This document shows positions 46,135 through 56,275 of a stretch of DNA of 64,000 nt, in pieces. Both the position numbers and the translations under genes were made by a program. The stretch is from positions 955 through 64,954 of the IMG/VR virus record IMGVR_UViG_3300030434_000006; one strand, given 5' to 3'. Origin of the DNA: a virus. Its lineage: Duplodnaviria; Heunggongvirae; Uroviricota; Caudoviricetes. Every line of letters starts with the position of its first letter. Position 1 is the stretch's first letter. A model generated the notes under the pieces. The model was not told where the DNA came from. It did not search any database and was given only the letters and a program-made list of their open reading frames with translations.

Positions 46135-47397
46135 ATGTTTGCGCTGGCAGATGCCAATAACTTCTATGCCTCCTGTGAAACCGTGTTCAGGCCCGATCTG
46201 CGCGGTAAACCGATTGTCGTCGTTTCGAACAACGACGGCTGCGTGATCGCACGTTCGGCGGAGGCAAAGCGCCTGGGTATCAAAATGGCGGCGCCGCTGT
46301 TTCTGAATGAGCGTTTTTTCAGGCAGAACGGCGTGCATGTGTTCAGTTCCAATTATGAGCTGTACGGCGATATGTCAGCCCGGATGATGGCCATACTGGG
46401 CGAGATGGCTGCTGGACAGGAGGTTTACTCTATCGACGAGTCATTTCTGGACGTCACCGGCATCAGCAATGTGATCCCGCTTGAGACGTTCGGACACCAG
46501 ATGCGTGAGCGTATCCGAAAGGAAACAGGGCTGATAATTGGCGTAGGGTTCGGACCAACGAAGACGCTGGCCAAGCTGGCTAATCATGCTGCGAAAAAAT
46601 GGACGCAGACAAAGGGCGTGGTCGATTTATCCAGCCGGACCCGGCAGCGAAAGCTGCTTCACCTGACCGACGTCGGCGATATCTGGGGTATCGGCCCGCG
46701 CATTACCAAGCGCATGCACCAGCTGGGCATCACCACTGCTCTGCAACTGGCGGACAGCAATATCAGCATGATCCGGAAAAACTTTGACGTCATCGTTGAG
46801 CGTACCACCCGCGAGCTCAATGGCGAGTCCTGCATCGCACTGGAAGACGCGCCGCCGCCAAAGCAGAACATCCTTAACTCGCGCTCATTTGGTGAGAAGA
46901 TCACGGACCTGGAGGACATGAAGCAGGCCGTCACACTCTACGCCACCCGTGCCGGAGAAAAGCTGAGAGAGCAGAACTCGCGTTGCCGACATATCAGCGT
47001 GTCGATCTCTACCGCTAGGCACGCAAACGAGCCTCAGTATTCGAATACCGCCTCATGCGTCTGCGACTACCCCACCAGCGACACTCGGGACATTATTGAG
47101 TCTGCGCTGCGCGGGCTGAGCACTATCTGGCGCGACGGCTACCGGTACGCAAAAGCAGGCGTCATGCTGGGGGATTTTTACCAGTCTGGCGTGGCGCAGT
47201 TTGACATGTTCAGTGAGCAGCAGCCGCGTGCAAATGCAGATGCTCTGATGGCCGCGCTGGACGCTATCAATCGCTCCGGGAGGGGAAAGGTATTCTTCGC
47301 GGGACAGGGAGAGCAAGACAGCGCATGGCAGATGAAGCGAGAAATGCTGTCGCCTCGATATACCACGCGGCTGAAAGATATACCACGCATAAAATAA
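46135..47397 (+). CDS. umuC: Y-family DNA polymerase subunit UmuC-like
   Basis: MFALADANNFYASCETVFRPDLRGKPIVVVSNNDGCVIARSAEAKRLGIKM is near-identical to the UmuC N-terminus. Confidence 0.85.
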   Translation: MFALADANNFYASCETVFRPDLRGKPIVVVSNNDGCVIARSAEAKRLGIKMAAPLFLNERFFRQNGVHVFSSNYELYGDMSARMMAILGEMAAGQEVYSIDESFLDVTGISNVIPLETFGHQMRERIRKETGLIIGVGFGPTKTLAKLANHAAKKWTQTKGVVDLSSRTRQRKLLHLTDVGDIWGIGPRITKRMHQLGITTALQLADSNISMIRKNFDVIVERTTRELNGESCIALEDAPPPKQNILNSRSFGEKITDLEDMKQAVTLYATRAGEKLREQNSRCRHISVSISTARHANEPQYSNTASCVCDYPTSDTRDIIESALRGLSTIWRDGYRYAKAGVMLGDFYQSGVAQFDMFSEQQPRANADALMAALDAINRSGRGKVFFAGQGEQDSAWQMKREMLSPRYTTRLKDIPRIK

Positions 47398-47461
47398 CGT
47401 GACTGCTTAGTAAGTCTGCTAACTATAGTGAACGTTCCGCCCCATCCGCACGCCGGGTTAC

Positions 47462-47878
47462 TTACGTCCGGCGCTGGTTAATTTCTTCTCGCAGCGCGTC
47501 GCGCTCCTTCTCTGCGTCCACCAGCCGCTGTGAGAGCATCATCAGGCCATTATGGTGCGAGTATGCCTCCAGCTGGGCTTTTACTTCTTCCAGCTGCGCC
47601 TGCAGCGCGCCCCACTGCTCCGCATGCCGTCGTGTCACCGCCTCGATAAATATTTCCGCTGCAGCGTCGGGATCGCCTTCAAACGTCACCCTGCCCTTGT
47701 TCACTGTAAGCTGCGCCCGCGTGCCGTCTGTTGCGCAGAAAGTTACCACCAGCGGCGCCGGGGCGATCGGCAGAGAATATGCTGCGCCGGCGATTAACGT
47801 AAATTCGCCGGCGTTGAATGTATCGAGCAATGCGGCCGCATCGTTGGCAGTGCTGTTTAAGTCGGTTGGGGTGGTCAT
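47462..47878 (-). CDS. hypothetical protein
   Basis: 138 aa, coiled-coil C-terminus. Confidence 0.3.
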   Translation of the reverse strand: MTTPTDLNSTANDAAALLDTFNAGEFTLIAGAAYSLPIAPAPLVVTFCATDGTRAQLTVNKGRVTFEGDPDAAAEIFIEAVTRRHAEQWGALQAQLEEVKAQLEAYSHHNGLMMLSQRLVDAEKERDALREEINQRRT

Positions 47879-47943
47879 GCTGGTGGCCTCTGAGTCATTG
47901 TGACGGCCAGGATAAGCGGTTTGTGATTTAGAACGAGAGCGCC

Positions 47944-48327
47944 TTACTCAGACGCAAACTCGACTGTTAATGTTCCACAATCCAGCATGCCGAACTGCTT
48001 CTTATCAGGGAATTTTCCGTCATAAAACGGGATCAGCCAGATTTTGTCCGGGCCTTTGATTTCGTTATCTATGAACCTTATGCCATTTTGATTGGCGACC
48101 TTAGAAGCATCCCCCCAGCTCTTCCAGCCATTCGGCTGTTTGAGACGTGCGCTTAGCACTGCTTCTTTTGCCTGGTCATTAGTATAATTTTTACACTCTT
48201 CCAGGTTTGATACGCTGTAATACTGATCGCCCGTTTTGAGGTAAAGCAGAGTACCAACGCCACCCAACGCTAATAAAACACCACCAGCTAATACCAAAGC
48301 GATTCCTTTAACCACCCGTCCTGCCAT
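47944..48327 (-). CDS. membrane-anchored hypothetical protein
   Basis: 127 aa; N-terminal TM helix then a soluble domain. Confidence 0.3.
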   Translation of the reverse strand: MAGRVVKGIALVLAGGVLLALGGVGTLLYLKTGDQYYSVSNLEECKNYTNDQAKEAVLSARLKQPNGWKSWGDASKVANQNGIRFIDNEIKGPDKIWLIPFYDGKFPDKKQFGMLDCGTLTVEFASE

Positions 48328-48592
48328 AACGCCCTCGCTTACTGATATTCATTAGCCCACATTATATACAAATAGCAATCATTATCAATTACAGTCAATA
48401 ACACTACCATAACTCACTGTATTTGTTTGTTTTTTTATTTTTAGACTTCTCAAACCCTGCCGCCTAGTTTTTAAAGCAGTTAGATATACTAAATTATACT
48501 GTATAAATACCCATATGTTTCTGGCCGATGCTTAGTCGGCATTGTTATCCTCTTTACCGCATTAACACGATGATAAACATAAGGAGATACAT

Positions 48593-49402
48593 ATGAGCGA
48601 AGGCACTATGGTAGTAACCGCACCCCCTGTAAGTTCTGGCGGAGCTCCTGCCGGTTTTGGTAGCTATAACCCAGGCGGCGCTACCTCTGTCCCGCCTGGT
48701 CAGGCACAAGCACAGATGTTTCATGAAGTTCTCAATGGTAGCTTTTTCAATAGCCAAAATGCTGTGGATTACGTTAATAAGAACGATCTTACGTCTCTAC
48801 TACAGTGGGTTAAAAACAATTGTTATCTGAACGATTGCATCGTAGGCCCGACAATGGGTACTACTGGCATTTCAGCAATGGCGGGTAATGGTGCTCAGTG
48901 GCGTGACTGGCAATTAGGCAATATGAGCGATCAGTTAAGTGGTGGTCCTTATAGCGTAGTTTCTGCACTGGCTAATTTCTTTTGGGGTAACGGTCGTCCA
49001 ATGAATGTTGATATCAACAACATTGGTTTACAGCTGGCACCGCAGAAAATTCTTGGCTTTAACGATCAGTTAATGGCTATGAGCGCACCGGGCAGCTACA
49101 ACTTCAGCCTTAAATTTGCTTATGACACCGGCGTAGACAGCCTTGTATCAAATTACTATCTCGGAAGTATTACGCTTCAGATGGAAGGCACGTTAAACCG
49201 TGATGCGTCTGGTCAGTGGACATTCAACGGTGTGGTCCGTGGCTATCAGGATAAGTATGACTTCAATGCCTCCACGCACCGTACTAAGACTAATGAAGAC
49301 ATGACAACTATCGGTAACTTTCTCGGCCAGCAATTTCAGGGCGTAACTTACCCGATCAATATTAATGGCCAATTAGATGGTGTTTCTTTCTCCGGTCAAT
49401 AA
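48593..49402 (+). CDS. hypothetical protein (low-GC island)
   Basis: 269 aa, strong SD AAGGAG; Gly/Asn-rich, beta-rich composition. Confidence 0.35.
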   Translation: MSEGTMVVTAPPVSSGGAPAGFGSYNPGGATSVPPGQAQAQMFHEVLNGSFFNSQNAVDYVNKNDLTSLLQWVKNNCYLNDCIVGPTMGTTGISAMAGNGAQWRDWQLGNMSDQLSGGPYSVVSALANFFWGNGRPMNVDINNIGLQLAPQKILGFNDQLMAMSAPGSYNFSLKFAYDTGVDSLVSNYYLGSITLQMEGTLNRDASGQWTFNGVVRGYQDKYDFNASTHRTKTNEDMTTIGNFLGQQFQGVTYPININGQLDGVSFSGQ

Positions 49403-49421
49403 AATCGGGCTTCTTTAATGT

Positions 49422-49450
49422 TAAGCCTGCCATGTGCAGGCTTTTTTTTA
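49422..49450 (+). terminator. rho-independent terminator
   Basis: agcctgc-catgt-gcaggct followed by T8. Confidence 0.75.
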
Positions 49451-49554
49451 TGGCAGGTACGGAAATCGTAAGGAAATTGTAAAAACAGGCTTAAGCATAC
49501 GGTACAATTCCACCCTATAGCTTTGAAAATGACGCAAGAAAGGTTTTCCCGCCA

Positions 49555-50442
49555 ATGATTTACGATTGTTTCCTGTACTACGACGAAGATATGCTTTTAG
49601 AGCTCCGCCTCAATACGCTTTATGAGCATGTTGATCGGTTCGTGATCGTGGAATCGCTATACACGTTTACCGGCAAGCGGCGCGACAAACTGAGCTTTGA
49701 TATCGAAAAGTTTGCGGCTTTTCGTGACAAGATTATCTACGTTGTGAATGACTCTGTGCCAACCATATATCAGCATGAGTTTGTGTCCGGTAGTTCTGTA
49801 GTAAAAGCCGGTGAGTCGGACCCATGGGAAAACGAGACAATAGCGCGTAATTCCATCATGCGCGGCCTCGACTCCGCCCAGGACGACGATATCATTATGA
49901 TATCTGACGTTGATGAAATACCCCGCCCGGGAGCCCTGAAGCAGTTCAGCCCGCGTCTTCTCTGCACGACGCTATATCTGAATTTCTATAACTATAAGTT
50001 CAACGTCCAGGTGCTCAACGACGACGGTTCTGCGCGTCTTTGCCGTCTTCCGAAGATGACCACAATGAAAAACCTAAAAGGCTTCTTCCACGGCCAGCCA
50101 GAGCTGCTGCGCAACGTTAAACGCAAAGGTACACCCATAAGGGAAAGCTGGTGGCGTTGGAAGCTGCTGAAGATGCGTACCAAGATAGTTGAAGACGCTG
50201 GCTGGCACTTCTCATGGGTAATGACCGATGCCCGGATAAGCGAGAAGATGGAGACGATTTCCCACACGGAAAACAATCTCCCGGAGTTCAATAATCCGGA
50301 TCACATCCGCCGCTGTGTTGAGCAGAATATAGATATCTGGAACCGGCCCCGGAAAATGGTTATCAGGCCCATAACGATTGAGTTCATGCCCGCCTGGCTG
50401 GTGGTTAATCAGGCCCGATTTAATGACTTTATAAAACGATAA
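49555..50442 (+). CDS. glycosyltransferase family 17-like (GnT-III-like)
   Basis: N-terminus MIYDCFLYYDEDMLLELRLNTLYEHVDRFVIVES and a DVDEIP DXD motif, as recalled for the bacterial GT17 family; low GC. Confidence 0.5.
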   Translation: MIYDCFLYYDEDMLLELRLNTLYEHVDRFVIVESLYTFTGKRRDKLSFDIEKFAAFRDKIIYVVNDSVPTIYQHEFVSGSSVVKAGESDPWENETIARNSIMRGLDSAQDDDIIMISDVDEIPRPGALKQFSPRLLCTTLYLNFYNYKFNVQVLNDDGSARLCRLPKMTTMKNLKGFFHGQPELLRNVKRKGTPIRESWWRWKLLKMRTKIVEDAGWHFSWVMTDARISEKMETISHTENNLPEFNNPDHIRRCVEQNIDIWNRPRKMVIRPITIEFMPAWLVVNQARFNDFIKR

Positions 50443-50651
50443 GCAAATCATCGTAACCCGCTCTAAGCGGTTGTTTTTATGTGTTAAGCAGGTAATAAAA
50501 GGCTAGTTCTGAATTCAGGATAACTGGCTTAAGCATTATCGAAGGCCTTGCGGCAAAAAGTATCTTATGTAGGTGAGCTTACAGCCTCTAAAGCATCTGT
50601 AATGTGTGTATGATGACGAAAAATTAGACATCTAAAATGGTATTTACTACG

Positions 50652-50687
50652 CAAAAAGTAATACAAAAAGTAGTACAAAAAGTACTA
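50652..50687 (+). repeat. 3 x 12-bp tandem repeat CAAAAAGTA(A/G/C)TA
   Basis: read directly; followed by the hairpin caaaccgg-ttgt-cggtttg; lies upstream of the gene at 50781. Confidence 0.7.
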
Positions 50688-50780
50688 CAAACGCACTTTA
50701 TGTAATACAAACCGGTTGTCGGTTTGCTATTGTCAAATCCAATAGGAAATTCATATAAAAAATTCAGGATAGAAATCGAA

Positions 50781-51422
50781 ATGCCAGTACTCAAACAGGG
50801 GGACTCCAATATGTCGGTAATGCCAATGACATACAGCCCGAGCACAATACAGCGTCGATTTGAAATCTTAGATGAGCTTGTCATCCGTGGCGAGACTTAC
50901 TGGATTGCTTTCGACAGCAAAACTCCTTTTGCCGCAGTCATTAACGCCAATCCATCGAGTGTTAATGGTGAACTGCGTCACAAGTCTGTTGCTATGCTGG
51001 AATTGGCCCGCCCTGCGAGTTTTGATGGCGTTCTGAGTGTTAAAGATTTCTGGGCTGATACTGATGCCGTTCAGGTTGATGGCGTAGTAGTAGATGGCGC
51101 TGTACAGGACGTGGGTTTAGCAACTCGCCTCTATGAGACCCTTGTTCTTAAAAAGAACATTACGCTTATGAGTGATAACACTCATTATGCAGGCGGTCAG
51201 GCGCTGTGGAAACGTATTGCGGCCAAATCAAAAGACCTTATTGTTTTCGTATTCGATACCGATGAAGGCAAATTTTATCCCTATGATGGGCAACGTGTTC
51301 AGTATGACGGCGCAGTCATTCCAGACGACAAAATCTGGAGCGTACATCCTGACACAAGCTGCTATGGTGTGATCCTAGTGGCTGAAGATGTTAAGCGCTA
51401 TCCTCAAATGGTAGCAGCATAA
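50781..51422 (+). CDS. hypothetical protein
   Basis: 213 aa from internal ATG with the SD AGGA; ORF begins 50724. Confidence 0.35.
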   Translation: MPVLKQGDSNMSVMPMTYSPSTIQRRFEILDELVIRGETYWIAFDSKTPFAAVINANPSSVNGELRHKSVAMLELARPASFDGVLSVKDFWADTDAVQVDGVVVDGAVQDVGLATRLYETLVLKKNITLMSDNTHYAGGQALWKRIAAKSKDLIVFVFDTDEGKFYPYDGQRVQYDGAVIPDDKIWSVHPDTSCYGVILVAEDVKRYPQMVAA

Positions 51423-51423
51423 A

Positions 51424-51449
51424 AAAGGGCCGCTTAATGCGGCCCTTTT
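51424..51449. terminator. bidirectional terminator
   Basis: A6-gggccgc-ttaat-gcggccc-T5. Confidence 0.75.
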
Positions 51450-51455
51450 TGTATC

Positions 51456-51896
51456 TTAACCCGCGCAATTCTCCCGTAAAAACGTATCGCCGCACTTACT
51501 GCAATACCACTGCCTATCGTAATTCTCCCGCGCCCTGCGCCGGTTATGCCGGTTGATGCGCGCCACCAGCGCGGTTAGCAGCAATGCGACTAATACGCCT
51601 GCTATAGTTGCTCCTGTCACTGTGGTTGCCGGTATATCGAGTATCAGCCAGGTAGACAGCAGGAACGAAGCGACAAACGTAAATACCTCCAGTTTGCCGC
51701 CCGCTGGTGCATTGCGCGAAGCAGCAACCGACTGCCGCGTTGATCTGCCCTGCCGCCTGCTTCCACCCGATCCGCGATTCGATATCCAGCCTGTGTGGCT
51801 GACGCTGCGCGTGTTAGAGGTTCCCTGCTCATAGACCGCCCTGCTGCTCTTGACGCTTCCTGATCCGCAGTGCGGGCATTTAATCCTGCTTTCCAT
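51456..51896 (-). CDS. membrane protein with N- and C-terminal zinc-ribbon motifs
   Basis: 146 aa; CPHCGS at the N-terminus, a central TM pair, CSKCGD at the C-terminus. Confidence 0.35.
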   Translation of the reverse strand: MESRIKCPHCGSGSVKSSRAVYEQGTSNTRSVSHTGWISNRGSGGSRRQGRSTRQSVAASRNAPAGGKLEVFTFVASFLLSTWLILDIPATTVTGATIAGVLVALLLTALVARINRHNRRRARENYDRQWYCSKCGDTFLRENCAG

Positions 51897-51971
51897 TTTC
51901 TGCCGTTCTGAATTGCTTAAGTTGATAACCGGCCACCAGCCGGAATGCTGGTGGTCAGTCAGTGAGAAGTG

Positions 51972-52334
51972 TTAACGCCATTTTGGCAGGCCCAACTGGT
52001 CAAACTCAACGTAAAGCGGGATGCCGGTTGTGTGCCGGTGGCCCACCAGAGACTCCCGGCGCTCTGGTATTTCGTCAACTTCGACAGCTGTTTTATACAG
52101 GTGGACTGCCTCGCTCGGATCTTCAAAGCACCAGCGATACTGATAAACGTCCGTTGGCGTGATCCCCATGCAGACGCTGAGCGTATACAGAAGACGGAGA
52201 AGGCCTGACCAGCTGCCATCCGGCAATTTGCGGGCGTGAATGATGCCGCATTTAGTGGCGAGATAGTCATGAACTTCACTGTCCGGCCAGTCCTCAAAAG
52301 ATAGCCAGCCGTACTTACTTAGCCGGTCGTCCAT
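51972..52334 (-). CDS. hypothetical protein
   Basis: 120 aa. Confidence 0.3.
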   Translation of the reverse strand: MDDRLSKYGWLSFEDWPDSEVHDYLATKCGIIHARKLPDGSWSGLLRLLYTLSVCMGITPTDVYQYRWCFEDPSEAVHLYKTAVEVDEIPERRESLVGHRHTTGIPLYVEFDQLGLPKWR

Positions 52335-52642
52335 CAGCGCCCGGATGCCGGATTTTTGCTGGTGGCCAGCGCGGAGGTTTTCGACGGCTTGCGCATGATA
52401 TAGGTCGGAAACTCTATGCTTGCCGCCTTATCGTAAAACAGCGCCATCGTGCGCGCCTCTGCGCCACCACCAGCGGCGATCTCGACATTCCCAGCCGGTT
52501 GCCCGTAAAGATCGCTAAACCACTCTGAAAGCGCCTGAGCAACGCTGTAGCAGGCGGGATTTACATCGGTACTGCCATCAGGCTGCTGCTCCAGTTTGAA
52601 GCCGTGCGCCAGAAACAGCGCCCTGATTTCCTGTTTAATCAC
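52334..52642 (-). CDS. hypothetical protein
   Basis: 102 aa. Confidence 0.3.
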   Translation of the reverse strand: MIKQEIRALFLAHGFKLEQQPDGSTDVNPACYSVAQALSEWFSDLYGQPAGNVEIAAGGGAEARTMALFYDKAASIEFPTYIMRKPSKTSALATSKNPASGR

Positions 52643-52859
52643 TGGTGTTCTTATCCTGTTGCTTTGCTTCGCCCGCCGACAGGCATACAGCGTCGAGGTG
52701 ATGCTGTATCCATTCTGACAGTTTCATCCCTTCCCGCTGTGCCTGCGCGACATAGCGGTTTTTAACATCGGGATCTACGCGCATCTGAATCTGAGCCGTC
52801 GCGGGGGCGGCTCCTTTAACTGAGTTTAAAGCCCGTGGATCGCGTGCTTTATCGGTCAT
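52635..52859 (-). CDS. small DNA-binding protein, possible ribbon-helix-helix
   Basis: 74 aa; N-terminal basic strand then a KLSEWIQHHL helix. Confidence 0.3.
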   Translation of the reverse strand: MTDKARDPRALNSVKGAAPATAQIQMRVDPDVKNRYVAQAQREGMKLSEWIQHHLDAVCLSAGEAKQQDKNTSD

Positions 52860-52861
52860 GA

Positions 52862-53818
52862 TTAGCCTCGGTTAATTGCCCCTTCTGCCGGGGCATATTG
52901 TTGATAGACGTCAGTGAAATACTCATTACAAAATCCCAGCGTGCAATCCATTTCCTGTAACGCCGTCAGCGCATCAAGCGGGCTTCCATCATATTCAAAC
53001 AGTGAGAACTCATACGGCAGGGTAAACCGGGCCGCCGTGATGTACACCATAAACGGCAGGTTATACTGTTCGGCCTTTTCGCCCATGACCATGTTCCACT
53101 CAAACGCGAACTGATATTCGCCTTCGGTGTCTGTCATGGTGGCCGTGCCGGTAACGGTATCCGCAGTATGTGATGTGATCACGATCTGCTGAGGGTCCCA
53201 CCAGTCCAGCTCAAACATATTGCTGAGCACCATCCGGTGCGCCGGTGCAGTACCCGGACGCCAGCCTGATTTAAGGATGAAGTCGATGTGATCGCGGTAG
53301 CCCAGGTTGATCTCTTCAAACGTGTGTTCATCGCCACTGTAGCCAAAACAGAGGTGATTACGCAGCCAGACAACGGTCGCCAGGTCGGTGCAGCTGGTGG
53401 CCACCAGCTCGTAATTGGTTTTGATATCTGCGTAGGCTTCCGCCGTGATAAAGCCAGGCTGCTGGCTCTGTTTGATTGCACCGGTCAGAGTGTAAGACAT
53501 GTGCTGAAGCGCAGCGGTCGCGGTCATTTCGCTATGGGCTGGAATGGAAGCAACAGATTGCGGTGCAGCTGTGGTCTGCTCTTTGAGTTTGCTCACAATT
53601 TCTTCAAACCATGCCTTAAAGCGCTTACGAAATACGCTGGCGGTAAGAGGGCTACAATCACGCACCGAATACAGCTCTTCAACATAGATTCTGTCGCCGT
53701 CGGTCCATGTGATTGAGCCGTAGCTCGTCAAATTAGAGGCATTCAGAGAAGGTTGGATACCACGGGCCAGCAGATCATTAACGAGAGAGAAAAAGGTCGC
53801 TTTCAGCATCGGTTTCAT
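52862..53818 (-). CDS. hypothetical protein
   Basis: 318 aa; no motif recognised. Confidence 0.3.
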   Translation of the reverse strand: MKPMLKATFFSLVNDLLARGIQPSLNASNLTSYGSITWTDGDRIYVEELYSVRDCSPLTASVFRKRFKAWFEEIVSKLKEQTTAAPQSVASIPAHSEMTATAALQHMSYTLTGAIKQSQQPGFITAEAYADIKTNYELVATSCTDLATVVWLRNHLCFGYSGDEHTFEEINLGYRDHIDFILKSGWRPGTAPAHRMVLSNMFELDWWDPQQIVITSHTADTVTGTATMTDTEGEYQFAFEWNMVMGEKAEQYNLPFMVYITAARFTLPYEFSLFEYDGSPLDALTALQEMDCTLGFCNEYFTDVYQQYAPAEGAINRG

Positions 53819-53933
53819 TGTGGGGAGGTCCTTAGTGCCTGGAGCCGCCAGGGCGGTGGCGCTAAAGCAGCGCCATGAAGTGAAATATACAGGTGGTGAT
53901 TTTGCTTGTCAATACAAGCAAATTAATTTGCTA

Positions 53934-54233
53934 TCAATCTCGCGGTTTACCATTCAGCACCAGCTGTTTCACTTCACTAATCGTCTCTTCGGCCCAGTCA
54001 CGATCGAAACCCGGCATAGCGTCAAATGCACCAGCGATATCAGCCGGGATTGCGTCGATATACTCCAGCCCTGCCATTGCCACCTCAACCAGCTCCGAAC
54101 CGGAACGGCGTAACGCCAGCAGCTCTCTGGCCATCATCTGCGCCAGCGCATGATTGGGCGCAAATACCAGGTTGTTCTGCGGCTCAGCGGCGAACATTTC
54201 CAGCTCTTTATCAGTCACGCGATCGTTGATCAT
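53934..54233 (-). CDS. hypothetical protein
   Basis: 99 aa. Confidence 0.3.
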   Translation of the reverse strand: MINDRVTDKELEMFAAEPQNNLVFAPNHALAQMMARELLALRRSGSELVEVAMAGLEYIDAIPADIAGAFDAMPGFDRDWAEETISEVKQLVLNGKPRD

Positions 54234-54243
54234 TGCGGTTTCC

Positions 54244-54597
54244 TCAGCTCTCAGTGGCGATCATGTTTATTGCGGGCTCAAAGTCTGCAGGCACGGTATG
54301 CCCTTCTATGAATGCCAGGCGCATAGCGATGTTATGACGGCCGCGGGACAGCAAAAACGCTACTGCGCCGGCGCAATGCGCTTCTTTCCCTGACGGGGTG
54401 TAAACTTCGCCGTCTTCGCCCTCTTCCTCGCCAGTGTGGTGCGTGGTTTTGTGGCAGTAGAATGACGAGTAATCGTCCCGCAGCAGGTGCGCTTTGATGC
54501 CCTCAAGGCGTCCGGGATTCAGCTTGATGCCACCAGCTTTCAGGAACGGACAGTTAGCGCAGGGCGCTTTGAGGCGGAAGAACTTACGCAGGTCCAT
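54244..54597 (-). CDS. Cys/His-rich putative zinc-binding protein
   Basis: 117 aa; CANCPF...FYCHKTTHH...HCAG. Confidence 0.3.
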   Translation of the reverse strand: MDLRKFFRLKAPCANCPFLKAGGIKLNPGRLEGIKAHLLRDDYSSFYCHKTTHHTGEEEGEDGEVYTPSGKEAHCAGAVAFLLSRGRHNIAMRLAFIEGHTVPADFEPAINMIATES

Positions 54598-54928
54598 GAC
54601 TGTTCTCTTTTGTGAGTGGTGGCTGCGACGGCGCTATTTTGTGCTCCAACGTTATTTGTGAGGTAACTGCTGAATCCACAAAGCGGCGGCGGTCGATAAT
54701 ACGTTGCGCCTGACGTATGCGGTTTAGCTGCCGCAAATTGATTAGCTCGTCAGCCATAGCCTTAACGATGGCTGGTGGAGCATGGCGATCATTCAGGTCG
54801 TCATAAAGGCGACAAATGGCTGTGCTGTTATCCGGATGAACGTCATCGCTTTTACCAGCAATGGCTTTGATCACGTCGTCCGCGCTAGCGCTGACTTTCA
54901 GCAAAACCGACAGGTTTAGTTTGCTCAC
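54584..54928 (-). CDS. hypothetical protein
   Basis: 114 aa. Confidence 0.3.
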   Translation of the reverse strand: MSKLNLSVLLKVSASADDVIKAIAGKSDDVHPDNSTAICRLYDDLNDRHAPPAIVKAMADELINLRQLNRIRQAQRIIDRRRFVDSAVTSQITLEHKIAPSQPPLTKENSHGPA

Positions 54929-54932
54929 TTAA

Positions 54933-55130
54933 TCACCCTGCATTGACTGAGACTGAGATAGGCCCGTAGTGGATAGCAAGCCAGAGAATAAGAGAGCTAC
55001 AGCCAGCAGCTACAATGCTTAAATATGAGGTTCGTCCACTAAAAGAAATGGCTACCCAAAAGTTACCGACGCTCAAAACTAATAGAAATAGCCCGAAACA
55101 GAACAAAACGATCTCACCAAAAATTGCCAT
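54933..55130 (-). CDS. small two-TM membrane protein
   Basis: 65 aa, hydrophobic. Confidence 0.3.
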   Translation of the reverse strand: MAIFGEIVLFCFGLFLLVLSVGNFWVAISFSGRTSYLSIVAAGCSSLILWLAIHYGPISVSVNAG

Positions 55131-55799
55131 TCAATCCTCTACCACGCGCTTAAACTCAATCACCCATACCCACGGGTTTGCCTGCCAGCTCTCCTCTCCA
55201 TAGATAGACTTCCATAACGTCACGAAGGAACCGCGTGCGCTCAACTGGTGCTGAGTCCAGGCAGGCTGATAATGACGCCAGAAACCGCCCCGCAACTGCT
55301 CCACACCGTCCGCACGTGCATCGGCCTCACTGATGTTATTCAACCTCTCCACACGAACGCCGGTAATCTCCAGCGTTATGCGGGAAGCCCAGCGCGGCAT
55401 GTGGATGGATGGTCGCCAACGAAGTTGACCTTCCCACTGACGCCCAATGTCGCTTTCGCGATACCAAACAGCACCAGGTGTATATTCCGATGGCTCAACC
55501 CGGATTGAATGCGTCTCACGGACCCAAAGGCGATCACCTACTGCACCGAACGGGCAGGTGTAGCCTTCATCCTCGCTGGCCACACCAAATACCTGCTTCT
55601 TAGAAGACTGCAAGTAACCGTCTTTATCGACAACGCCTGGCGTATACCAGCGCGAGGTAAAGTCCGTTTCCAGCTCCATATTCATCGGAGAGAAATCTTC
55701 AGATGGTTGAACCTTCATGATCCGGCGCGTCTGCGTCTTCCTGCCGTCGAGAACTGCACGAACCATGTCGCCATTTAAGAAAATTGGACGTTCTTTCAT
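55131..55799 (-). CDS. ASCH/PUA-like domain protein
   Basis: N-terminal MVRAVLDGRKTQTRR matches the ASCH GRKTxTxR motif; 222 aa. Confidence 0.5.
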   Translation of the reverse strand: MKERPIFLNGDMVRAVLDGRKTQTRRIMKVQPSEDFSPMNMELETDFTSRWYTPGVVDKDGYLQSSKKQVFGVASEDEGYTCPFGAVGDRLWVRETHSIRVEPSEYTPGAVWYRESDIGRQWEGQLRWRPSIHMPRWASRITLEITGVRVERLNNISEADARADGVEQLRGGFWRHYQPAWTQHQLSARGSFVTLWKSIYGEESWQANPWVWVIEFKRVVED

Positions 55800-56275
55800 T
55801 GCTGCTCTCCGTCTTTGATGAAGGTAAACCAGTGCGTTAAGCCACGCTTGCCGCTGATGTGGCCAAACAGGGGTTTCTGGTCAGTCAGCGCCAGAATGTC
55901 CCGCGCCCGGATCTGCGTTTCATTCCATTTAAAAATCAGCAGGCCGTTCGGCCGCAGCACGCGGAAAGCCTCAGTAAAACCGGCGCGCAGATCATTGCGC
56001 CAGGTCCCGCGATTGAGCACTCCATACTTGAGCCGTTGCCACCCCTTTTCGCCAGCCCGCTCCAGGTGCGGCGGGTCAAAGGCAATCACGTAAAAAGAGT
56101 TATCCGGGAATGGCAAGGATCGGAAGTCGGCTATCACGTCCGGGCTAATGACAAGCTCCCGGTCGGGCAGCTGGTGGGTCTCTTCCCGGATATCGGAATA
56201 CAGCACGCGGGGATCGGCTTTATCGAACCACATCATTCGCGGGCCACAGCACATGTCTAATACGGCCTTATCCAT
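55796..56275 (-). CDS. small phage-type N6-adenine DNA methyltransferase
   Basis: motif I LDMCCGP and motif IV FDPPHL; internal ATG chosen (ORF extends to 56473; alternative start at 56323). Confidence 0.5.
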   Translation of the reverse strand: MDKAVLDMCCGPRMMWFDKADPRVLYSDIREETHQLPDRELVISPDVIADFRSLPFPDNSFYVIAFDPPHLERAGEKGWQRLKYGVLNRGTWRNDLRAGFTEAFRVLRPNGLLIFKWNETQIRARDILALTDQKPLFGHISGKRGLTHWFTFIKDGEQQ

